Below, piece by piece: positions 1 through 10,170 of a DNA stretch of 54,624 bases. Numbering within the stretch: the stretch's first letter is position 1; every line of letters starts with the position of its first letter. A model generated the notes under the pieces. It had not been told where the DNA came from. It did no database searches and saw nothing but the letters and a program-made list of their open reading frames with translations. The stretch covers positions 1-54,624 of IMG/VR virus record IMGVR_UViG_3300032050_000177; one strand, written 5' to 3'. Both the position numbers and the translations under genes were made by a program. The DNA comes from a virus. Its lineage: Duplodnaviria; Caudoviricetes.

Positions 1-2097
1 TCCTGTATAAATGTATCCATAGTTAAATGAATTGTCATTAAAGGTGTAGGAGTTGGTTCCTTGACCATAATCATACCAAAAACTACCGAAAGCGCTTTCT
101 GAGTTATATCCCAAACTTCTATATGAAGAGTAATCATTAAACACTAAAGAACTAAAAGCAAAGTCTATTCTTTTATCAATAAATGAATTGTCATTCAAAA
201 CCACATTAGAACAGTTAAATCTTCCAATAAACAGATAAGTACTCTCGCCACTATAATCATTAAAAGTCATGGATTGGCAAGGTATATCGAAATAAGTTCC
301 ATAGTTTCCTAGTCCAAATATTTGTGAATTGTGATTAAAAATATAATTGTTGCTACTAGTCATTAGAGAGCTATAAAAAGTTATGCTACTATAGTTATTG
401 AGAGTTAAGTTTCCAGCTATATTTGCTCCATTATTTAAAGCGGCCTCATTAACATAACTATCATTTAGAATAATATTTGGCACATTGTAAGTTGCACTTA
501 GGTACGGTTGTATGCTACCATCAATACTACTACCATTATTAAATGTTATAGTAGGAACAACAACATTATTACCAATATAGATAATCTTATTACCATAATA
601 CGCAAAATTACTATTATTATTAAAAGTAACAGTATAACTCACAGTAATATTAATGTCAAAATTTATATTTCCAACACTACTAGTACCAACAGTTAGATTT
701 TTACATTTGGCCAAAGTTTCTATACTTACTCCAAGACTAACAGTATTTACATTAGCTAATATAACAACGCTATCAATTTGATTTTGGGGAACTGTTCCAG
801 CGTCTGGTAGTCCTATGGCCCCGTTGATGGGAATTGTGCAACTTTCATCCAACCACCAGTTGTTAAGATTACTCCAATCACCATCAGTGGTGGCGTTGTT
901 ATAGTAGTAAGTTAAACTATAATCATTTGGATAGGAGCTATTCCATGTGATTGTTCCAGTTATGGTGCTTCGTTTAATACTACTATCATTAAAAGTAACA
1001 TCTCCAGTGATGTTTCCGCTAACGCCAAGAGCAGAATTATCATTAAAAGTTGTGTTTGCATTAATGGTACCAGTATTTATATAACTAGAATCATTAAAGA
1101 TGACACTACCAGTGCCTCCATTTGAGAACACATTTATTCCACCATTGTGAACTGAATTATTATTAAATGTTATAGTTGCACTAGCATCAGTCATGTTCAT
1201 TTGTATTGAACCACTAGGTACTGCTAGTATTGATGATCCATTAAATATTGCGCTGTTTGTTATATTGGAGTTTGTTCTCATCTCAGCATCAGTTATAGTG
1301 AAATTTGCAACTGTTGGTTCGCTTCCACTATTACTAGTTATATTTGCACTAGCAACTACGCTATCAATATTTTGAGGTAAGCCTATAAGCGTTGTTATGG
1401 GTACGGTGAATCCGCTATCCAGCCACCAGTTGCCTATATTATTCCAGTCGTTGTCTACGACTCCGTTGAAATAGTAGGTTAATCCATCTCCATCGGGGTG
1501 ATAAGTACTATTCCATGTAATGGTTCCAGTTACATTACCTCGTTTTATACTATTATCATTGAATTCAGCGTTTCCAGTGATATACCCGCCTTGTGTTCCA
1601 TCCCAAACCCCAAGAATACTACTATCATTAAATGTTACAGTTATATTATTTCCGTCTATTGGACCAATACAATAACTATTATTATTAAATGTAACATTAC
1701 CAGTTATACCATATTGTGTTCCAGTACCATCATGATATGAACTATCATTAAAAACAACATTTCCAACGATAACCCCATTATCATTAAATGAAGTGTCATT
1801 AAAAACAACACTACCATTAATTTGTGCTAAAAGGCTTGTTGAATCGTTAAAAGTAGCAGTTCCGGTTACTGTTAGAATTGTGCTTGATAACTGAATGGTA
1901 TAACTTCCACCACCAATAGTAAAGTCTATTACTGTTGGGGCGCTTCCACTATTACTACTAATGGTTGCACTAGCAATCACACTATCACTACTAGTTGGTA
2001 ATGCTGATGCTGGTGTTGTAAAGCCGCTATCATCCCACCAGTTGCCTAGAGTATTCCAATCACCATCTACAGCACTGTTAAAATATAATGTGGCCAT
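1..2097 (-). CDS. Repeat-rich putative virion fibre/adhesin, 3' end runs off window
   Basis: Not in ORF track (truncated). ATG at 2097 after GGGAGA; translates MATLYFNSAVDGDWNTLGNWWDD...; three in-frame copies of a YFNxxxDxDWxxxxNWWxD module (~2090, ~1475, ~905) separated by FNDxS beta-helix-like repeats. Frame spot-checked, not read codon by codon. Confidence 0.8.
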   Translation of the reverse strand, partial: MATLYFNSAVDGDWNTLGNWWDDSGFTTPASALPTSSDSVIASATISSNSGSAPTVIDFTIGGGSYTIQLSSTILTVTGTATFNDSTSLLAQINGSVVFNDTSFNDNGVIVGNVVFNDSSYHDGTGTQYGITGNVTFNNNSYCIGPIDGNNITVTFNDSSILGVWDGTQGGYITGNAEFNDNSIKRGNVTGTITWNSTYHPDGDGLTYYFNGVVDNDWNNIGNWWLDSGFTVPITTLIGLPQNIDSVVASANITSNSGSEPTVANFTITDAEMRTNSNITNSAIFNGSSILAVPSGSIQMNMTDASATITFNNNSVHNGGINVFSNGGTGSVIFNDSSYINTGTINANTTFNDNSALGVSGNITGDVTFNDSSIKRSTITGTITWNSSYPNDYSLTYYYNNATTDGDWSNLNNWWLDESCTIPINGAIGLPDAGTVPQNQIDSVVILANVNTVSLGVSIETLAKCKNLTVGTSSVGNINFDINITVSYTVTFNNNSNFAYYGNKIIYIGNNVVVPTITFNNGSSIDGSIQPYLSATYNVPNIILNDSYVNEAALNNGANIAGNLTLNNYSSITFYSSLMTSSNNYIFNHNSQIFGLGNYGTYFDIPCQSMTFNDYSGESTYLFIGRFNCSNVVLNDNSFIDKRIDFAFSSLVFNDYSSYRSLGYNSESAFGSFWYDYGQGTNSYTFNDNSFNYGYIYTG

Positions 2098-2111
2098 CTT
2101 TTCTCCCTAAT

Positions 2112-2423
2112 TTATTGAATTGGTCGTACAGGAGGAGAGAACAATGATTGTAGGACCTTGCTTGGTTCGTTTCCTAATAATTCGATTATTCTAGCCTCTA
2201 CTTCTGCTTGAGTATAGTCGCCAATAGTTGTATAACTTTCACCTTCCCAAAGAACTAGTGGCATAGGAAGTGGTCTTATTTGAACAATAACATTTTTACG
2301 CTCAACACTATCAATAATAGTAACGTCAAGGTTATTTAAAGTTATAGGATTAAAATTTCTAACCGACCCATCTTGTCGTGTTATGCTGGGTGGTGTTATA
2401 GTAATTGGATCTGTTAAATTCAT
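2112..2423 (-). CDS. Hypothetical protein (possible fibre chaperone)
   Basis: 103 aa ORF with AGGAGA RBS between fibre-like genes. Confidence 0.65.
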   Translation of the reverse strand: MNLTDPITITPPSITRQDGSVRNFNPITLNNLDVTIIDSVERKNVIVQIRPLPMPLVLWEGESYTTIGDYTQAEVEARIIELLGNEPSKVLQSLFSPPVRPIQ

Positions 2424-2438
2424 AGTTTTCTCCTTGTA

Positions 2439-3374
2439 TTAATAGCCGGGAACAAATGCTACAACGTCCCATTTGTCTCGTCCAGAGTGATATGTGGCGG
2501 CAAAAATGTCCATTTTATTGGCGGCTGTACTCCAAGGAAGTGGACTAGTTGCACTACTGGGAATAACAAATTTATCTCCAAGAGTTACTCCTCTATTACC
2601 ATTACCATCTTGAAGTATTCTCCAACGAACTGTTTTACCATTTACAGGATTGGTGGGATTGGCTAATGTGGTATTATCTGTTAAAGTAACATCAAAAACT
2701 TCGCCCAAAGAACAATCTGTGCTTAGAGTGGTATTAAAAGTTAATGAAACTACTGTTGGAGAATATGTTATGGGGGAATCTAAATATAACACTTGTGGAA
2801 TACCTGATCCATCACCAGTAACAATATTTCTTAAATGACCAGCTTGCCAGTTAAGTTCATAACCAACAGTGCAATTTAAACTAATTCCACCATTACCACC
2901 AACCCCACTATCAAAAGACCCTTCGGCAAGGCTAGAATTATTACTTAAATTAACCCCACTAAAGGTTGGGAAATTAAAAGTATTTAGATCTTGATCAAAA
3001 GGATTTGGTATATTAGGAATATCTCTTCCATCAATATTTAATCTATATCCTGATCCAACATTTTCCCAGTAAGTTGTATCAGTTACTGGAATACTTTCAT
3101 TATCAAATTTTGCTCTATATAAATTACCACTACTATAAACAAGATCATTAACAAGATATCTTGTTCCGTCAGCAAGAGTATGATTGCTAGTCCATTCTAC
3201 AGCAGCATCAAATGAAGACCCTCCACCACCGCCCCCAATAGCGACACTTATTTGACTTAAACTAATCTTTTTAGTAACGCTAGACCCAGATGGATCGTCC
3301 ATGAATAAGAAAACGTCATCGTTACTTAAACTGCCGCTACCTTCTGGAAACTCGTTTATTCTTTGAATTGGCAT
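2439..3374 (-). CDS. Putative tail fibre/virion structural protein
   Basis: 311 aa; N-terminal TKKISLSQ-type anchor, Gly linker, C-terminal 'TLANPTN..GKT...I.QDG.G.R' domain typical of phage fibre ends. Confidence 0.6.
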   Translation of the reverse strand: MPIQRINEFPEGSGSLSNDDVFLFMDDPSGSSVTKKISLSQISVAIGGGGGGSSFDAAVEWTSNHTLADGTRYLVNDLVYSSGNLYRAKFDNESIPVTDTTYWENVGSGYRLNIDGRDIPNIPNPFDQDLNTFNFPTFSGVNLSNNSSLAEGSFDSGVGGNGGISLNCTVGYELNWQAGHLRNIVTGDGSGIPQVLYLDSPITYSPTVVSLTFNTTLSTDCSLGEVFDVTLTDNTTLANPTNPVNGKTVRWRILQDGNGNRGVTLGDKFVIPSSATSPLPWSTAANKMDIFAATYHSGRDKWDVVAFVPGY

Positions 3375-3375
3375 A

Positions 3376-3597
3376 TTAAGCTCCCACTATTACTTGGTTG
3401 CCTAGGGTATAGTATGTTACATCATCGAATCTATTACCATATTTAGATTCTAAAGCTTCGTAGCTGATGCCAACATCTTGTGCTGAACTTGCTACATAGT
3501 TACCAGTTCTTGTGCAGTATACAACGGCAGAGCCGGTATTTTGGGTTTCTCGGCCTGGATCTACGTTTGTTACAACGTCTACGGTTGAAATTGGCAT
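3376..3597 (-). CDS. Hypothetical protein
   Basis: 73 aa, GAGG RBS, downstream of GTGTATA motif. Confidence 0.6.
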   Translation of the reverse strand: MPISTVDVVTNVDPGRETQNTGSAVVYCTRTGNYVASSAQDVGISYEALESKYGNRFDDVTYYTLGNQVIVGA

Positions 3598-3626
3598 GAT
3601 TTTAACCTCATATTAGGGGGAAATAC

Positions 3627-3640
3627 ATAATAGTATACAC
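3627..3640 (-). promoter_or_regulatory. Putative phage late promoter (GTGTATA-N4-TA class)
   Basis: GTGTATACTATTAT upstream of a structural operon; same motif recurs at 16752, 29698, 31455, 47503 (-) and 42736 (+). Confidence 0.5.
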
Positions 3641-3728
3641 TTATTATATGCTGGCGGCTTAAGTAAAAGCACGATCAATATCGTTTTCTGTTAAGACTAA
3701 AATTTGACTTAATTGACAATATAGAAAG

Positions 3729-4049
3729 TTACTCCATTACTATTGGATCTTGAGGTAATAATAATAAAGCGTCACTCCAAGGGATAACCTCCACTTCTTT
3801 GCCTAATATTTCTTTATCAGCCGCAGCCCACATATCTGCGAGCAGCCCTCCCGGCAACACCTCCGTCAGAATGTCGGCACAGAGCATGAGCCGCCCATCG
3901 GTCAGCGTGAGCGGCATCGGGACGCAGTTGGACGAGCCGTGCAGCCGGTGTAGCTCCGCGAGGCGACCGGCGAGGGCGGGCGTGAACACCAAGGCCAGAA
4001 CCTTAGCATCCTCATACGAGATCGGCAGCGTAAGATCGAAGAGCGTCAT
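3729..4049 (-). CDS. Hypothetical protein (GC-rich 5' part, AT-rich 3' part)
   Basis: 106 aa; ATGA overlap with upstream gene. Confidence 0.7.
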   Translation of the reverse strand: MTLFDLTLPISYEDAKVLALVFTPALAGRLAELHRLHGSSNCVPMPLTLTDGRLMLCADILTEVLPGGLLADMWAAADKEILGKEVEVIPWSDALLLLPQDPIVME

Positions 4050-4903
4050 GGAATAGCCGCGCGAACGTCTGACATAAGTTGCGACACAAGGCGATCTAGC
4101 AAAATTAAATCCACGCCAGCCCCAAGGCTGTAAAACGACACCCTGCCGTTGCTGTAGATGTCAATGGCGCCTTCGCCGCCGTTGCCGTTGCGAGCAAGGA
4201 CGGCGACCGTGATATTTCCAAACAATGCGCTCGCGCCAACGATTGTCTCTGAGATTGCGTTTCCGCGAGCAGTGTATGAAACAGAATATGCGTTGCGGCT
4301 TGCGCCAATAAACCCAGCCGCCCTTAAGTTGGCCGCGCTGTCACCTGCATTGAAGGCAACTCTTGGCCTAATCCGCAAATTACCTCCGTATAGCAGGGCC
4401 AACACTGCTGATCCGATATATTGGCTAGTGGCTGCAACCGTCCCGATGTCGGTAACGAACACAGACAGGTGGGCGTTGTTTGGATTAAAAAATGCGTCTT
4501 GCCTGTTTGTCCACAAATACTTCGACGTGCCATTGCCCCTTAACCCCGGTGTCGCGCCGCCTCTTGCGTAATCGCCGCTGACGAAATTGAAGTTTGTCGG
4601 CGTTGCCCCTTTGAGAGGTTGCAGGCATCCGGCCAGCGAGCGAGCGCCGCACAGAATGCAGCAGTCGGTTATCGAATCCCAGACGCCGTTCGCCTTGCAG
4701 GCTTGAACAAACGAATTAAACGCCGTTCGTACGCGAGGCTCAAGCGGCGCACCGTCCGCCGCTTCGACACGCTGGATGTAGCCCAAGGCGTCAGCGTCGT
4801 ATGCGTATGGATCGCCGGGCATCGACACCGCCACTGGCCTGCCCAGCAGTCCTCGCGGCATCGTCGCAAACTGCGTCGGCGGAGTCAGGATGCCGGGATT
4901 CAT
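4046..4903 (-). CDS. Hypothetical virion-associated protein in GC-rich patch
   Basis: Start reassigned to ATG 4903 (MNPGILTPP), which overlaps the TGA of the upstream gene (ATGA). Confidence 0.7.
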   Translation of the reverse strand: MNPGILTPPTQFATMPRGLLGRPVAVSMPGDPYAYDADALGYIQRVEAADGAPLEPRVRTAFNSFVQACKANGVWDSITDCCILCGARSLAGCLQPLKGATPTNFNFVSGDYARGGATPGLRGNGTSKYLWTNRQDAFFNPNNAHLSVFVTDIGTVAATSQYIGSAVLALLYGGNLRIRPRVAFNAGDSAANLRAAGFIGASRNAYSVSYTARGNAISETIVGASALFGNITVAVLARNGNGGEGAIDIYSNGRVSFYSLGAGVDLILLDRLVSQLMSDVRAAIP

Positions 4904-5289
4904 AGATCGGCACCCAAAGCCGTCACAACTCCAGCATTTACAGTATGAACAGTTGCTCTTAATGACCATGATGAAGATGGTAATACAAGATTACTATATG
5001 ATGTACTAACTCTGGTTTGTTTTGCACTCTGAGAACCTGTAGCAGCAGGAATTGCCACCTCATCAAATAAATAATAGGATGATCCATCATATAAAAATAG
5101 CCTAACCATTGTGGCAGACGATACTGTAGCTGTCATTTGAACAACAACTTCGGCAATTCTAGTTCCAGACGATGCTCCAGTAATTACTGTAACTATATTG
5201 GTAGGAGATGTGTATGATGTGTCGGCAGAACCAGATAGTGCTATTGAGCCTATTCTTGGTGTAACAGCAAATTGAGGACTTAAAGCCAT
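4900..5289 (-). CDS. Hypothetical structural protein
   Basis: 129 aa, AGGAGA RBS, Ser/Thr/Val-rich. Confidence 0.7.
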   Translation of the reverse strand: MALSPQFAVTPRIGSIALSGSADTSYTSPTNIVTVITGASSGTRIAEVVVQMTATVSSATMVRLFLYDGSSYYLFDEVAIPAATGSQSAKQTRVSTSYSNLVLPSSSWSLRATVHTVNAGVVTALGADL

Positions 5290-5299
5290 AAATTTCTCC

Positions 5300-8176
5300 T
5301 TATCTAAAACTTGACCATAAATATAAATTTGAACTATTTATTATATTAATACTATTATTAATTGTAAAGTTGCCACTAGTAGAATTTATTATTATTCCAC
5401 TACCACCAGTAATATTAGTAACCGGTAATAATCCACTAACGCTAGTATTAAAATCTGTAATATCAGAAGACGTATGAGTATGACCAACAAGACTAACACC
5501 AGTACTATTTACTGTTAGTGAAGTAAAATTACCACTAGCAGCATTAATAAGACCACTAGCATTTAATCCATTGCTAAAAGTATGAAGTGCGCTAATGGTT
5601 CTATTATTATCAATATGAACATATTGGTTATGATCATCGTCTGCTAATCCGAACAAACTACCGTGATCGTTTTGAACAACACCCACAGCTGTTGATTGTA
5701 TAGTAACTCTAAGATCAAGAATACTTTGTAAACTACTCTTAGGAGTATTAGTATAACTATTGTTGGTTCGAAAAATTAATCGATATAATGGTCTTATTTC
5801 TTGTGTGGGAATATTAGTGAGATTAATATCGCTCCAAGTATTATTATTTTCAGCACTATTTAAACTACTATCTTGTCTTTGACCAACTATAGCAAGAATA
5901 GGATCATTAATATCGTTTGTTGCCACAATCCACATTGCGAAAAATCTATCGTTAGTAACATTTGGTGTTGTCCAAGTTCCTCCACTAAGCAAATTATACT
6001 GAGCGCGTGTGCCGTTGTATTTTACTGGGAACGCTGTGGCAGGGTCTCTTACCCACTGTCCCGTACTTCCACTATGATAATAAGTGGGAATATAAGCTAT
6101 TGGACTTAATGGTTGCACGAATTCATTTGCACTGTTAGTGCCATTATCGTCAGTGATATCAATAATAATATCTTCTTGATATAACACACCATCAGATATG
6201 TCTATTTGAGCATGACTATTAGAAGATCCATTACCTAATAGTGTATACCCTCCAATACTTAATCCGCTAATATATTGCATACCAAAAGTGTTGTGAATCC
6301 ATTTATGGGTTACGCTATCCATTCGTATTCCGTGACGTTCTTCACCAAAAAACGTGCTTTGGTTTATGTCACTATTCCAGTGAATAAATCCGATTGGAAT
6401 ATCAGTATCAAAATCAAAGCCGGTAGTTTTTGTGTGTAGAGTATATGGTGACGTAGTATCAAAGTGCAGATAATTTAATGCTGTTCCACTACCAAGCACA
6501 ACAGTCTCAACACCACTTTTAATAACCTTAACTCCTTCTGCATAAATAGCATAAGATCCACCAGAAATTGCCGGTTGTATTGTGAATGTGCGAGAACTAT
6601 CATCAAAACTAATTATACTATCAGTTCTATTAACAAATCCTTGAGGTTCTTGACTTAGTATATTAATTTCAGTATGACGATTGTCTATCGTTAGAATACC
6701 AGAAGGATCATTATAAGTTAAACTTACTCCTGTTCCAGCAACCAATAATTGGCTAACTCTATCATCAACTTCCTCTGTTGTTAATCCTAATTGACCAGTA
6801 ACTGATACTGTAAAGACTGATCCGCTAGAACTAACCCCGATATTGCTACCAGCTAATATATTTGTTACAGGAAGTAGTCCGCTTACTGAGGTATTAAAGT
6901 CGGTTATTTCGGATGCTGTGTGGGTATGACCCACAATACTATAATTGCCACTCGGTTGTAATCCAGTGGCGCTAATAGTTAATGAGTCTGCTATATTGTC
7001 ATAATTTAAATTGATATAACTACCAGCTTCTAATAAAGTAGATACTTCTTGATCAATACCATCCCCAAAATCTGTAATATCAGTATAATTATGGGTGTGA
7101 ACACTATTAGCATAATTTCCGCTAGGTTGTAATCCACTCACACTTATTGTATAAGTATTATTATTAAAAGAAGAATTAATATAGCCCGTTCCCGTTACGC
7201 TAGGCAACAAACCACTAACACTACTATCAAAATTAGTAATATCACTACTGGTATGATAGTGAATTCCGCTAGCGTATACTCCGCTTGCCTGCTTATTATC
7301 TAAAGCCGTTTGCAAGCCAGTTACATCATTAATAGAATGATTGTGGCCAACAATGCTATAATTACCACTGGGCTGTTTGCCATCCAGAATATTTTGTAGA
7401 TTTGTTATATCGCCAACAACGTGTTGGTGTGTTAAACTGGCTTTTCCATCTAGCGCGGATTGAGTCGCTGTACTTATTGGCTTATTAAGATCGCTAGTAT
7501 TATCTACATTTGATAATCCAACATCGCCCTTGTTTAAAGTTACATTTCCATATTTGCCAGCAACGCTTTTAATTGGGGAATATCCACTAACAGCCGATTC
7601 AAAGTTTGTGATATCATTGGCAACGTGAGAGTGTCCAACTATAGAGTAATTGCCACTAGGCTGTAATCCTGACGTACTGATAGTAAGCGTATTAGCATTA
7701 TCATTATAATTTAGTGTAATATTAGAACCGGCCAATAGTAAGTTAGATACTCTATCATCAACTTGCTCTGGAGTTAGGCCAAATTCGCCCGTTACTGCCA
7801 CGGTATAGTTTGTGCCGCTTTTTGTTACCGATATGCCGCTACCAGCAGAAACGTTAGTAATCGTTAAAAGGCCACTTACCGCCTGTGCAAAATCTAGTAT
7901 ATTACTACTTTGTAGATTAGGATTAGACAACCCTATAGTCAATGAGTCAGTGCCAGAAGCTAATACTATGCCAGAACCGGCTTGCAAAAACTGAGATATT
8001 CTTGTATTTAAAAGATTAGTAACTTCAAGCGGGGTAAATGTTAGTCCGCTCTCAATCTGTATAATATTATTATCAAAAGTTTGTACTTCAATAGAGGCAG
8101 GATTATTTCCTATAGAAGTTTCAATCTGTATAGATTTTACTGGATTGTCTTCTATTTGTACTGTAAAAGATGACAT
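5300..8176 (-). CDS. Tail fibre-like protein with HxH-DIT(N/D)F repeats
   Basis: 958 aa; multiple 'LQPSGNYSIVGHxH..DITxF..SVSGLL' and 'EEVDDRVSxLLxAG' repeats, resembling phage tail-repeat trimeric fibres. Confidence 0.75.
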   Translation of the reverse strand: MSSFTVQIEDNPVKSIQIETSIGNNPASIEVQTFDNNIIQIESGLTFTPLEVTNLLNTRISQFLQAGSGIVLASGTDSLTIGLSNPNLQSSNILDFAQAVSGLLTITNVSAGSGISVTKSGTNYTVAVTGEFGLTPEQVDDRVSNLLLAGSNITLNYNDNANTLTISTSGLQPSGNYSIVGHSHVANDITNFESAVSGYSPIKSVAGKYGNVTLNKGDVGLSNVDNTSDLNKPISTATQSALDGKASLTHQHVVGDITNLQNILDGKQPSGNYSIVGHNHSINDVTGLQTALDNKQASGVYASGIHYHTSSDITNFDSSVSGLLPSVTGTGYINSSFNNNTYTISVSGLQPSGNYANSVHTHNYTDITDFGDGIDQEVSTLLEAGSYINLNYDNIADSLTISATGLQPSGNYSIVGHTHTASEITDFNTSVSGLLPVTNILAGSNIGVSSSGSVFTVSVTGQLGLTTEEVDDRVSQLLVAGTGVSLTYNDPSGILTIDNRHTEINILSQEPQGFVNRTDSIISFDDSSRTFTIQPAISGGSYAIYAEGVKVIKSGVETVVLGSGTALNYLHFDTTSPYTLHTKTTGFDFDTDIPIGFIHWNSDINQSTFFGEERHGIRMDSVTHKWIHNTFGMQYISGLSIGGYTLLGNGSSNSHAQIDISDGVLYQEDIIIDITDDNGTNSANEFVQPLSPIAYIPTYYHSGSTGQWVRDPATAFPVKYNGTRAQYNLLSGGTWTTPNVTNDRFFAMWIVATNDINDPILAIVGQRQDSSLNSAENNNTWSDINLTNIPTQEIRPLYRLIFRTNNSYTNTPKSSLQSILDLRVTIQSTAVGVVQNDHGSLFGLADDDHNQYVHIDNNRTISALHTFSNGLNASGLINAASGNFTSLTVNSTGVSLVGHTHTSSDITDFNTSVSGLLPVTNITGGSGIIINSTSGNFTINNSINIINSSNLYLWSSFR

Positions 8177-8201
8177 ACTAGAGCTTCCTACTTTCTACTA
8201 G

Positions 8202-8600
8202 TTAGCAACTTAGTTGATCAGAGGTTTGGCTAAACCTCTTTACTATAGTAATTGTTCCATATAATACTCTAATAATCTTTTGCCCGCCACCCACATATAA
8301 ATCTTCTGGCATTTGAAGTTCTAAATCATATTTAGCTTGATTAAAATTAAAGCTATTTGTTGTAGACGCTGGGAGCATTAGTGTGAGCTTACCAGCCGCA
8401 ACGTCGGTAGTGAATCTATACTCTGAATAATTCGTATTATTAGTCACAAAGGTGTAAACGGTGCCAGACCCAGTTTTAAAAACTAGTCTACCGCACCATC
8501 CAGCTATATTAATAGGATTTCCACTTTCGTCTTTATGAACTAAAGACATTTGAAATGAAGAACCCTGCTCTATAGAAAAATCATGTTTTGATGCGGGCAT
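8202..8600 (-). CDS. Putative baseplate/fibre-attachment beta-sandwich protein
   Basis: 'DFSIEQGSSF...YDLEL...R.LYG.ITI' pattern common in phage tail-associated proteins. Confidence 0.55.
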   Translation of the reverse strand: MPASKHDFSIEQGSSFQMSLVHKDESGNPINIAGWCGRLVFKTGSGTVYTFVTNNTNYSEYRFTTDVAAGKLTLMLPASTTNSFNFNQAKYDLELQMPEDLYVGGGQKIIRVLYGTITIVKRFSQTSDQLSC

Positions 8601-8628
8601 AGTTTATTCCTCTTGTGTCAGTAAGATA

Positions 8629-9804
8629 CTACACTATTTTTACGCCTAGTTGCATATTATCAACTTGCTGTTTCGTCCATGATCCACTAGTGATAGGATT
8701 ATTAAATAAAAATGTATTTTTATAATTATAAGAAGTTGAATCTACTAGATACCCACTACCTATTTCTTTTATTGTACCGCCAATGCCGCTAGTCATGATA
8801 TTGGTAAAATTCATATTACTATTTAAATCAATCTTTTTAACAACATTTATTATTTTTATTCCTCCAACATTTGGTGGTGCTGACCCGTCAATATTAGACA
8901 TATTGAACAAGCACGCATTGCCGCTGGTAGAACTATAAATATATCCACTGTCTCCGTTATTATCATCAACATAGCTAAACGAAGGAGAAGTTTCAGAATT
9001 ATTAACTCTAGCTTTCCATTGCATTGTAGAAGAATCACCATTTGGTACTATACTATAAATTTTAGTATCTTGTCCAAGTAAACATTCTGAACTATTATTT
9101 CCAGCAGTTAAATATAAATCGTCCATAGCGCCAGTAGATATTTGATCATTAGTAGCATAATATTTAATACTTTTTAAGCTATTAAAACTATTAATATTTG
9201 TATAAATACCACTAGAAGAGTTAAGTAAATGGGTATTATAACTATTACTTGCAGAAAATCTCATAGCCATTTGACCTAGCGCTGGATTTATATATATTTC
9301 AATATAGCTATCATTCATAATATACCTTACAGTGCTTGACTCACCTATAACCCAACTACGACCTATTGGGCTGCTAAGATCATAAGTATCTAATAATGTT
9401 CCATTTTGATAAATTCCAAACCCCATACTGGTTTGACTGTTATACGTTGTTTTAATCACATCTATCCTTAATACTTCTGTAGAGTTATTATAAAATGAAA
9501 TTAAATTCTCTGCGTATGGTGGTGAGGCGTTATTATTATTTGTTTTTATTTGATAAGCGCTACACCAAAAGCCTAGACCAAATCCGCTATGACTAACTAA
9601 AGGATCATCAAAATTTGATAAAGTCAATGTGGCATTATGTGCTAAACCAGAATTAATCGGCCTTGGAGCAATACGTACCGCATTACCAGTTCTTCCAGCA
9701 CCAAAAGAGATAGATGGTGATGAATTAGTAGACCAGCAAAATGGATCTAAACGTAAAGTATCAGAATTATTATAATTAAAACCTTCAAAAAATATAATTG
9801 GCAT
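8629..9804 (-). CDS. Hypothetical virion structural protein
   Basis: 391 aa, Asn/Ser-rich, 'IFFEGF' N-terminus, 'NPITSGSWT..V..MQLGVK' C-terminus. Confidence 0.65.
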   Translation of the reverse strand: MPIIFFEGFNYNNSDTLRLDPFCWSTNSSPSISFGAGRTGNAVRIAPRPINSGLAHNATLTLSNFDDPLVSHSGFGLGFWCSAYQIKTNNNNASPPYAENLISFYNNSTEVLRIDVIKTTYNSQTSMGFGIYQNGTLLDTYDLSSPIGRSWVIGESSTVRYIMNDSYIEIYINPALGQMAMRFSASNSYNTHLLNSSSGIYTNINSFNSLKSIKYYATNDQISTGAMDDLYLTAGNNSSECLLGQDTKIYSIVPNGDSSTMQWKARVNNSETSPSFSYVDDNNGDSGYIYSSTSGNACLFNMSNIDGSAPPNVGGIKIINVVKKIDLNSNMNFTNIMTSGIGGTIKEIGSGYLVDSTSYNYKNTFLFNNPITSGSWTKQQVDNMQLGVKIV

Positions 9805-9813
9805 TTCATTCTC

Positions 9814-10170
9814 CTAAGAATTTTCAGTACATAATATATCAATATATAGTGTACTATTTTGTAGCTCGTTTTTATTTTCGTTATTAAGCATTGCGTCCAT
9901 TAATAAAGTGCTATTGTATAATTCATTTTTATTTTCACTAGTAGCTATTGTGTCTACCGATAATGTGCTAGTATAAATATAATCTATGTTTAAAGTGTCA
10001 TGCGCTATAACATCGGAATTGATAAAAGTCACCGATATATTGCTTGGCGCAAGTGTAGTAGTTGTTGTAGTAGTGGTTGTAGTAGTGGTTGTAGTAGTGG
10101 TTGTAGTTGTAGTGCTTGGTGGTAATAAACGATAAATTAATAATGAATTATTACTAATAAACGGCAACAT
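9814..10170 (-). CDS. Hypothetical protein with poly-Thr tract
   Basis: 118 aa ORF abutting upstream stop. Confidence 0.6.
   Translation of the reverse strand: MLPFISNNSLLIYRLLPPSTTTTTTTTTTTTTTTTTTTTLAPSNISVTFINSDVIAHDTLNIDYIYTSTLSVDTIATSENKNELYNSTLLMDAMLNNENKNELQNSTLYIDILCTENS
10054..10113 (-). repeat. Poly-Thr coding trinucleotide repeat (ACN)n
   Basis: gtagtagttgtt... tract of about 20 Thr codons; similar tracts at ~10990-11070 and ~11999-12022. Confidence 0.85.
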
